From Polymyxa betae A26-41 (lineage: Eukaryota > Protista > Endomyxa: Phytomyxea): a stretch of 43,024 nucleotides of DNA. This document shows positions 35,374 through 43,024 of this stretch, in pieces. Under the pieces are notes generated by a model that did no database searches, was not told the origin of the DNA, and saw nothing but the letters and a program-made list of their open reading frames with translations. Both the position numbers and the translations under genes were made by a program. How positions within the stretch are numbered: the stretch's first letter is position 1; every line of letters starts with the position of its first letter. The stretch spans positions 1 to 43,024 of the forward strand of contig RBZT01000414.1 in assembly GCA_003693705.1 (NCBI GenBank), in the 5' to 3' direction.

Positions 35374-35861
35374 CCATGTCTAGTCTTGCCATAAACAATA
35401 AACAGCTTGTGGTTCCTTTCGATTTCTTCGACGACCTTTCAGTTTTAGTTTCAACTTTACATTTTATCACAGAGCTCATCGTTTTTTCATGGCAATCAGC
35501 GGTTGTTTGTCAAGAACGCCTCATTTCATTTCGATACTGCTTTTCCTAGGTCAGGTTAGCCCTGTTTCTTATAATCTATTCACGCTGATTCTGACGATGT
35601 CTCGTTAACAACAACCGCAGTTTCACATAGTGGATGTTTGACAAATGTTGTCGCCGGTGCCAGCCATTGCCATCAGCAATGCAATGCTGACAACATGGCG
35701 CCCATAACGACGCCCGTCGTTTCGGTCATTCCCAAATGGACGGAAAGCGACTTTGGTCCCTCTCAAGCCTGAATCTGACAAGTATGAACGCTCACGAGAT
35801 CAATGTTTGGATCAATGACGGAGCAGGGGGTTCCGCTAGGGTTTCCCTGCCTGAATTCGAA

Positions 35862-36090
35862 AAATCGAATTTTCCCACTTCGTTTTCGTTACGATCGCGT
35901 CGTCATTTCGTATCTCACTGGTGACCGCCTCGGATTTCGTTACCTGTGTCATCTTCTCCATCGTTGCTGAAAGTCGAATCCTCCCACTTCGTTGTCGTTA
36001 CGATCGCGTCGTCATTTCCTATCTCACTAGTGTCCGCGTCGGATTTCGTCACCTGTCTCATCTTTTCTCTACATTGCTAAAAGTCGAATC
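35862..36090. repeat. Imperfect ~109-bp tandem duplication immediately upstream of RRN7
   Basis: TCCCACTTCGTT(T/G)TCGTTACGATCGCGTCGTCATTTC(G/C)TATCTCACT...TCGGATTTCGT.ACCTGT.TCATCTT...TTGCT.AAAGTCGAATC occurs from ~35873 and ~35982. Confidence 0.9.
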
Positions 36091-36110
36091 ATTGTCGATA
36101 TTGTCTTCTT

Positions 36111-37793
36111 ATGATATGCGATGTCTGCCAGAGTGATCGGCTGACGAAGAATGATCTCGGGTTCCTGATCTGCGATGATTGCGGCGCTCAGAGTTTTGCA
36201 GCCACCCAGGAGGAAAGCGAATTCCTCATGGGTGAGGCGGGCGCTCGAGCGTTGCAACGCGTTCGGAAAAGCAAACCGAATGAGGCGACTCCCAAAGATG
36301 CTATAGCGCCTTTGTCGGTAATTCTGAAGGCGATTCAAGCGTCGCTGTTTGTTCAATGCTGTGCTGCTTCTAATCATTTCGGGACGAAACGTTCCCTGTT
36401 GTTACAAACGGCAGGAGATCTATTCTTAGCCTATTTTGAGAGCGTTCGCCGCGATTATGATGGCAACTTCGAGATCATATTGGCAGGACCTGGGTTAGCT
36501 CATGGCGCTCAAACAACTGGCCAGCTTCCTCAGTTCAAAGTCCATCGTTTTATCACGATCCACATTCTGGCTCTGGCTATGAATCTTATGAGAGAACCCA
36601 TCACACCGTTAGATCTCTGCATTCAGATCCGTGCTGGGAATATTCCCACTCAAGATATCCTCAAGCTATTGCCGCCTGAGATCTCATCGAAACTAACGAT
36701 TCGTCTGTATCGTTTTTTGGCGCAAGGATCGTTTCTCGTATCGCCAGAGGGTTTCACAAAAGAGATGAAACTGATTCACGAACGCATTTGTCGTGTGACA
36801 TCTCTACCTGAGCTACGTCCTGTCTCTGGAAATATTCCTCTGACCTTAACTCGTTATGTGCTTCAGTTGCAATTGCCGATAGAAACAGTAGCGCCGCTAT
36901 CTCATGCATTATTGGTTCTCTATAATAGAAGATCGCCTACCATTTCCAAATCTCATACAATAGCAGCTGTCATTTTGGCTGTCAAGCTGCTTTACGGCTC
37001 GAGGTCTCCGTCCCCTCTAGATTCGATTTTAAGCTCGTCAACTTTCGTGTCCCTCTCCAGGCTTTGCTCTGCCCCCGACCCCGATTCTGCTGATTTTGCA
37101 ACTTTAAAAACCTTCACAAAATCTTTCAACAATTTCACGGTCTACAGTCAAAGAACGAAAATCGCTGTCGGTGATGCATTTGACGATATTTATGCGGTCC
37201 AGTTTCCGGAAGAGGTTTGGGATCTCTCTGAGTATTCTGTCACCAGATCTTATGACGACCTACTAGTTCAAGATGATGGGCGATGTTTATGCTGGTATGA
37301 AGATCCTTCTCGTGGTGGTAACCAGAAGCCAATCAACGTCAATCAACGTTGCTTTTTGAAGGCAGGTGGTAATAACCCTGACATGCCTGAATACAAGAGG
37401 CTTATTCATTACGACCCTGATGAAATGCATAATGGGCATTGTATCGAGCATTATTTGCATCGGCGTCTATTTCAAATTGCCTCTGATATATTTAACATCA
37501 CGCAGCGAGATCTGGATCACGCATATCGGCATATTGTTGAATCAATATACAGGCAATATTCAGGCAAGCTATTCCAGCATGAGCAACGCAAGGATACGAG
37601 GTACCAGCAAATACTTCGACTCAGTCGCAAGCGAGGTAGAGAGCGAATTGCTGAGGACAAAGCAGAACGAAAAAGGTTAAAAGCGATGCTTCCTGCAGAA
37701 ATCAAATGTACGTCACTTGAGACATTACGTACATTGGTCGCCCAACAAAACTACTTGAAATCGTGCATGTCATCGTTATCCACTGGTTCATAA
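36111..37793 (+). CDS. RRN7: RNA polymerase I initiation factor Rrn7/TAF1B-like, intronless, 560 aa
   Basis: N-terminal zinc ribbon CDVC...DLGFLICDDCGAQS and central LAMNLMREPITPLDLCIQIRAGNIP, matching the Rrn7/TAF1B cyclin-fold pattern R.P....DL......G.IP. Confidence 0.72.
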   Translation: MICDVCQSDRLTKNDLGFLICDDCGAQSFAATQEESEFLMGEAGARALQRVRKSKPNEATPKDAIAPLSVILKAIQASLFVQCCAASNHFGTKRSLLLQTAGDLFLAYFESVRRDYDGNFEIILAGPGLAHGAQTTGQLPQFKVHRFITIHILALAMNLMREPITPLDLCIQIRAGNIPTQDILKLLPPEISSKLTIRLYRFLAQGSFLVSPEGFTKEMKLIHERICRVTSLPELRPVSGNIPLTLTRYVLQLQLPIETVAPLSHALLVLYNRRSPTISKSHTIAAVILAVKLLYGSRSPSPLDSILSSSTFVSLSRLCSAPDPDSADFATLKTFTKSFNNFTVYSQRTKIAVGDAFDDIYAVQFPEEVWDLSEYSVTRSYDDLLVQDDGRCLCWYEDPSRGGNQKPINVNQRCFLKAGGNNPDMPEYKRLIHYDPDEMHNGHCIEHYLHRRLFQIASDIFNITQRDLDHAYRHIVESIYRQYSGKLFQHEQRKDTRYQQILRLSRKRGRERIAEDKAERKRLKAMLPAEIKCTSLETLRTLVAQQNYLKSCMSSLSTGS

Positions 37794-37867
37794 TCCATCA
37801 TAAACCCAGCACAACAATGATGTAAATGACCTATTGTGATCTGCACCGTACCTGTCAGTCCATCCAA

Positions 37868-38590
37868 ATGGGGTCGATTTGCAGCCAAAATGAACCAATT
37901 TTGCCAGATAGGCTTCAAACGAAATCGCATCTGCCCCCTTTTATTGATTCGAGTGCTTCATTCTTACCTATGCCTCGCCATAATTGGCAACTGACTGTTC
38001 AAGATAACAACGTTGCTATTATAAGAGTTCCAAATTCCAGTTGCTTTGTATTAATTGGGCATACTCGCCCCATAATCGATATTCAGTATTCACTCTCTGA
38101 GCGTACAATAGTCACGCGTTCTGGCGATGGGCTTGTTCTTCTCTGGACGCTGGACAAGTTCGCCGTCGTTCATAAGGCATCGATTGTTTTAAAGAATTCT
38201 GCTGTCATTAGACTTGCCAATGACTATTTATTAGCGGCGGGTGGTAAAGAGCTAGAAATTTACACGGGGCTTGGCTGCTTTCCTGTTCGAATTCACAAGG
38301 TTTGTACCAGGAAAAGCCCGATTATTGATATCAACTGGGTAATGAACGACGTTCTGACAACTTTGAATTGTCACAATGAGATACGAACATATCGCTTGAG
38401 TCAGAAAGGCCTTATGCTGGTCCACAAAGTAGAATATCCCAAGTTGGTCTTATCGGTATATCCCCACGTTATGTTCCAGGATGACAAAGACAGCATGGTT
38501 AAATCTTGTTATAACGAGCTGACAAATTGATGACAGCGTTTCTGGTATTACATTGTATCCAAGCTTCACTTTGACAATGGTTTACCATAG
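37868..38590 (+). CDS. Divergent WD40-repeat protein with N-terminal acylation motif
   Basis: LIGHTRPIIDIQYS..ERTIVTRSGDGLVLLW is a WD repeat and the protein starts MGSICS. A possible short last exon runs to 38590; otherwise the stop is at 38530. Confidence 0.6.
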
Positions 38591-39034
38591 AAGAATTGCC
38601 TGTAAGGTTTGAGGATATCGAAGCTCGAGCAAGTTTAATTATGAATCAAAGATTGTCTCCCTCTAACGGCATCTATGTGTATCGTATTTACGCCCTGGTA
38701 TAGGCTGGGAATTCTGTCGAGTCATTCATGCCGGGGCGTTGCTTGGTTAAATTCCAATGGTGCATTCTCTAGCTGGCTCTGTTTGACCACTTGCATATTC
38801 CAAACTATGTCAAACCTATGCAACAGGTTTCATTCCTCGAGAAGCGCTTCAGAAAATCATAGTCGATTATCGCGTTTTGTCGTAATATTATAGTGTAGCT
38901 CAGCGAGGCTGAAAGTATGAACATTATTTATATACTGGAAACGAGAACTACTCAGAGCTCACCTTCAAAATCCATTCGATGTGGCCACGCTGACATGTTT
39001 GCGTCTGAAATATCTGTCTATCATACAGAATGTG

Positions 39035-40305
39035 ATGGCGCCCATGCCATGGACATCGACGTCTGTAAGGACACAACACAATCCAGCATCACCACCTGTA
39101 TCCTTGGCAATTACAGCCAAGATGTGCTTGTCCCTGATTGCCTTCGTCAGCGCTGCGTTCTGGGTCGGTGTCTGTATACAATACGTGTATGTGACGTATA
39201 GAGATGAAAGAGCAGCTTATAGGTGAAATTTGACATTATCATGGTTGGGATTGGCCTAGGTGGGCCGTGTAGTTTACTTAAAACTCTTTTAGGTCTCCAC
39301 AACGATTAGCAGCCGTTTTACATTGGCCTCGGAAGGACCTGCCTACGTGGGCTTCAGTTGATAACAATCAAACGACTTGTTTGTTTACGAAGATTGAACC
39401 ATACTTGATAGCTGATAGTCAAGGCCTGGTTTGCCTTCGTGCACACCAATCTGCAAATGGATGCTGTTTAGCTGGGCTGGCCATATCTGTACGTTGTCTC
39501 ATCTCTTTAGCTTCATTCATCATAGATTATCAGTTTACAGCTACTTTTAAAAGCACGGTTTTCACGATTACTTGATTCGAAAGCCAAACGTTTCGGATTT
39601 GACAATTGTGTAACTCTTTTGATGCAGGCTTGTAAAGAAGGCTGCTCAGATACATGGCGATGTTGTCAAAGGCATTCGCTATGTGTCTCTTGTTGTATGA
39701 CAAGGCATTCCCAAATTGGCGATATCGCAGACGCGCGACAGCGTTTCCAAATTTGCTCACATCAGTGTCAGTTTACATCGGCCAGCACTGTATCTGGCAA
39801 CCGATTTAAGAATGGTCTGAGATACTGCTACGAGCCGCTGGACAACAAGAAGCTTCCATTTGAATCAGCGATGACTATTTTGTCTGAGTACGATGTTTTA
39901 CACCTTAGTTTTCGGTTTCACTGTTTGGAAACATTTGTACACTGTTTTGAGTTGGTATTCTGTATGAGCATGAGATGTCATCTTCGGATTTGTAGGCCCG
40001 GGATATCGTGCACAATGGCATGCAATCAGCTTGGTCGAGGTTGCGAAGAATCTTTCCTAGAGGCAATCAACACATGTGATGCCTTTGAAGCCGTTGGGTT
40101 TCAATGCCCATCGAGGTGTCGAACTACAGAATCTCGTGATGCTCCCGGTGTCGTTAACGGCGAATGTGTGCTTAATGTCAAAGCACACTTATTGGATTGC
40201 GATTCCGCTCACCATGATGTTCGACGTCTATGCAGTTGTTTGCCTGATGAAATCAATCCTGATTCTGTTCGCTTCGATCACGAAGATTACCTGCCAAGTG
40301 CTTGA
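39035..40305 (+). CDS. SPRING1: SPRING1/C12orf49 (UPF0454)-like type II membrane protein with extra C-terminal Cys-rich domain, multi-exon
   Basis: N-terminal TM, then IADSQGLVC....NGCC, C..GC....CC....CVSCC and FQIC...C..TSAS....N......YCY (C12orf49 pattern). Followed by GISCTMAC...C..SF...N.C...C...H....RLCSC. Confidence 0.75.
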
Positions 40306-40508
40306 ATCCCCAGGGGTTGCCAAGTACTTGAATCCAGGGGTCAACTTGTTGCTTTTACAGGTCACTTGCCATTTATTCATAGACGGTCATCTCGGCTCTT
40401 TTAGTATTCTGCAATCAGTTTGCTGCTAGCTGCATGTTGCGGAAGCTATCCCAAGTTTCTTGTAACCCGAATCATTAGTATATATTCATCCCATAAATTC
40501 AATCTATT

Positions 40509-41815
40509 CTATTCGTCTATTGGTGTTGTCAAACAGCAAAATGTTCGATTGTATCTTGGGGTGCCTGGAGCGTCCTTTAAAATTAGTTCTTTGAGGTTCG
40601 GAAATTGGGCATTGTAAGGTCTCAACGTTTCTAACTTTCGAAGTGAAATTTTCGACTCCAGCTTGAACGAGATTAGAGCTGGCATTGTCTTCATTGCGTT
40701 GATAAACTTTGAAACATGTCCAGGGCGAACGAACTCGAGACTGCCATTGATTCGCAACTGAGTCAGACTTGTTCGGCAAGAGTGCACTAGTTCGACCAAA
40801 ACATGAAATAGGTTATGTAGCGCCTCCTTTCCATAATGTGGCATGATGCTTTTAATGTGAATATAACGCAACCTTGACGTGTATGAAGATAGCTGCGACG
40901 TTTGAGTGCTACAAAAATACACACAGTCGACAGTAAGTTCTTCAAGCAGTGGAAATGTTGAAACTATCTTTGCAATTAAGTAGGAGGCACTCGACAAAGT
41001 AATCGATCTAATTGTTTGAAACGGTTCTGAGTGGAAAATTGCTGCAACAAATGCTGCATCTAACGTTGCATTGCCTATCGCCAGACTTGAAAGCTTCTCA
41101 CATTTGGAGATGATGCCTTTTGCAGCAGTGCCTGTAAATGGCAGACGCCGGCGATTTGAAAGAACCCCGATGATGATGAGCGACTCCAGTTTCGTAGAAC
41201 GAATTGAGTAAAGTACCGAGTCGGTAATCTTGCTGCCGTATAACCGCAAATCGATGAGATTTATGCAGCGCCGTAGGAGCTTTCAAAATGATCAGAGCGT
41301 GATTCCAGCAATACAAGCAAACCAAGAACCATTTTCATTGCGACAACATAGCCTTGAAGATGGTACAGGTCCAGTTTTCGTATGGTGTCAAATCTGATTT
41401 TCAGATGGCGGAAAAACCCGGATATATAAGCATTCATATGAACGATTCCGGGATTGATTAAGCCTTCGAAATCGATGTCAGCGAACACTCCCAGTGTCTT
41501 TAAGTTTGTCCATTGCCAGCAAACGAGTGTCGAGCATGTGGCCTTATCAAGGACGTTAAGAAACGAGAAGATCTCTCTTGTGATATCATCCGGCAAATGG
41601 AAAATCCTTAGATCTACTTAGCACGATTGCAGTGAGAGAACAATTTATAACAACTGGCTAGTTTGTACAGCCTCCGGTTTCGCAGCTGGTGACATCCTGT
41701 GCTTTTTAGAGCATCGTCTAAACTGGCTGAGCAACGTTGGATCTTTCATGATCGCATCCAACGCTAGATGCTCGAGGCGTCGTCGGGACTGTCTCCTAAT
41801 GCATAAATCCATCAT
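40509..41815 (-). CDS. F-box protein with leucine-rich-repeat-like C-terminus, multi-exon
   Basis: IFHLPDDITREIFSFLNVLDKATCSTLVCWQW is an F-box. A 50-nt intron (41280-41329) joins to LLRRCINLIDLRLYGSKITD...KLESLII...CEKLSSLAI...FPLLEELTV...FPNLKELIL (LRR-like). Both ends are uncertain. Confidence 0.8.
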
Positions 41816-42013
41816 GATACAGCAATGTGGAATCAATTATGGAGAGGAGGTTTCCTCCTCTTCCCAATCCCATCTCATTGACTGTTCATGATACCTTCAT
41901 GTTACTTGCAATAGAATCTCTTCCATTGCTGGTTGCGGCCCCCTACAGTGGAGACAGCCTCTCATTCCTAAAAGTTGGAGCCGTATATATTTTTCCCGAG
42001 TAAAAAATAACGA

Positions 42014-42143
42014 TTTGTCATTTTCAAAAACCGATTTTAAAAATGACACTCCCATACCACAAAACCCTAACAAAAAATAAATCATCCATCCCACTTTGCA
42101 TTTTGTCATTTTCAAAAACCGATTTTAAAAATGACACTCCCAT
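42014..42143. repeat. Two identical 42-bp direct repeats, each an imperfect hairpin
   Basis: TTTGTCATTTTCAAAAACCGATTTTAAAAATGACACTCCCAT at 42014-42055 and 42102-42143, with internal TGTCATTTT...AAAATGACA inverted symmetry. Confidence 0.92.
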
Positions 42144-42244
42144 TCCACAAATCCTAATCCAATAAGTTCCCATTTCCAATTTTTTTCCAAATATATTTCC
42201 TTTAAACTCAAAATTACTTTAAAGGTTAATGTGTGATATTTTTA

Positions 42245-42594
42245 ATGCCATACACCTTTAAAGACGACAGAAATAAACATCAATCTCAAAAAGTAAAATG
42301 GGAAATCTGTGATAAGGAGATGAGAAGAGATGCTATTTACAGACACACAAAAAACCACGACCCAGAAGAAAAGAATAATTACAATGATAAGCAGAGAGTT
42401 AAACGAAAGGAATACCTAAAAGAATACGAGAGAAGGAAGAACGAACATAACCCTAATTATAAGAAAACCAAAATTCAAACAACAGATAGAAACGCATATA
42501 GAATTCAAGTAAACGAAAAGAGTTAAAAATTGATAAGTCTTTCCAATCATATCAAGAAGCAGAACAATAGTTATCATTTCTTCAAGCGAAATGA
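42245..42594 (+). pseudogene. Decayed intronless virus/transposon-like gene (C2H2 zinc finger plus possible AP2-like domain)
   Basis: Very A-rich. KVKWEICDKEMRRDAIYRHTKNH is a C2H2 finger with first Cys as TGG. A frameshift near 42512 continues KRKELKIDKSFQSYQEAEQ*LSFLQAK*. Confidence 0.55.
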
Positions 42595-42621
42595 AAGAGT
42601 AAATGAAAACAATTTATCAAT

Positions 42622-43024
42622 TCAAGAGGAGACAGATGATTCGCGACTAAGGTTTGGAGTGCAGCATTTGCAGCACTGGTCGACAACATAGTAAATAAAA
42701 CGATAGACCGGGAGAATTTGGGCTTCGAAGCGTCTGAGGTTAATTACGAATTGGCCGAGCGCCATAGTAAGCCGGTTTCATCAATGTGAATAAATTCCCA
42801 GTCGGTGGCATTCGAGAGAATACCCCAGACACTTTTCATCGTCTTGTGAGCATCAACCCGTGATTTGTAAAGACTTGCTGTCTCGGCAACGCATTGCCAA
42901 AAATCAGATTCTGAAATTGAGGTCTTCGCTTCAAGAGCAACAAGATGCAGTTCACGTGGTGGAGCCTTTCCAAATATATCCTTGTCTTTGCCAAATCCTA
43001 CCGTGTAGTCTGTCTTGCCACCGA
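42622..43024 (-). pseudogene. PD-(D/E)XK restriction-endonuclease-like domain (Crinkler/CR-REase type), 5'-truncated by window, apparent frameshift near 42755
   Basis: Reads GGKTDYTVG...LHLVALEAKT...FWQCVAETASL...KSVWGILSNATDWEFIHIDETG..WRS. Stop at 42744-42746, but the shifted frame continues QFVINLRRFEAQILPVYRFIYYVVDQCCKCCTPNLSRESSVSS*. Confidence 0.72.

Noticed and set aside
41249-41330. Apparent frameshift splitting the F-box gene
   Set aside because: A 50-nt GT-AG intron (41280-41329) restores the frame.
42014-42143. Repeat-spacer-repeat resembling a minimal CRISPR array
   Set aside because: There are only two units, similarity extends into the spacer, the context is eukaryotic, and no cas genes are present.

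Overview
Eukaryotic genomic DNA from a compact, gene-dense protist-like genome. It has short GT-AG introns (many 46-58 nt) and short intergenic spaces. A plasmodiophorid/Rhizarian or similar SAR protist is my inference, not shown by the sequence. About 25 protein genes are present. Recognisable ones include SAM synthetase (3' part), eIF3i, a PUT/LAT-type polyamine transporter, mitoribosomal mL40, Nup37, ODR-4, MadBub (BUB1/MAD3), HMG-CoA lyase, COX6A, Rrn7/TAF1B and SPRING/C12orf49. Others are recognisable only by domain: HAD-like, SANT+CHY, four-finger CCCH, DRMY1-like Myb, RhoGAP-like, GPI-anchored SUEL lectin and F-box proteins. There is also one intron-containing tRNA-Tyr. The most unusual element is at 34.6-35.4 kb: two highly diverged ~100-aa two-TM paralogues placed head-to-head, with upstream regions that are mirror copies (~55-bp inverted repeat with a perfect 16-bp core). 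Also notable are two apparent pseudoenzymes (a MadBub kinase lacking the catalytic Asp and a RhoGAP lacking the arginine finger). The right end carries an AT-rich island with a decayed virus-like C2H2/AP2 gene next to a frameshifted Crinkler-type PD-(D/E)XK nuclease. All family calls are motif recognition by eye; no searches were run.
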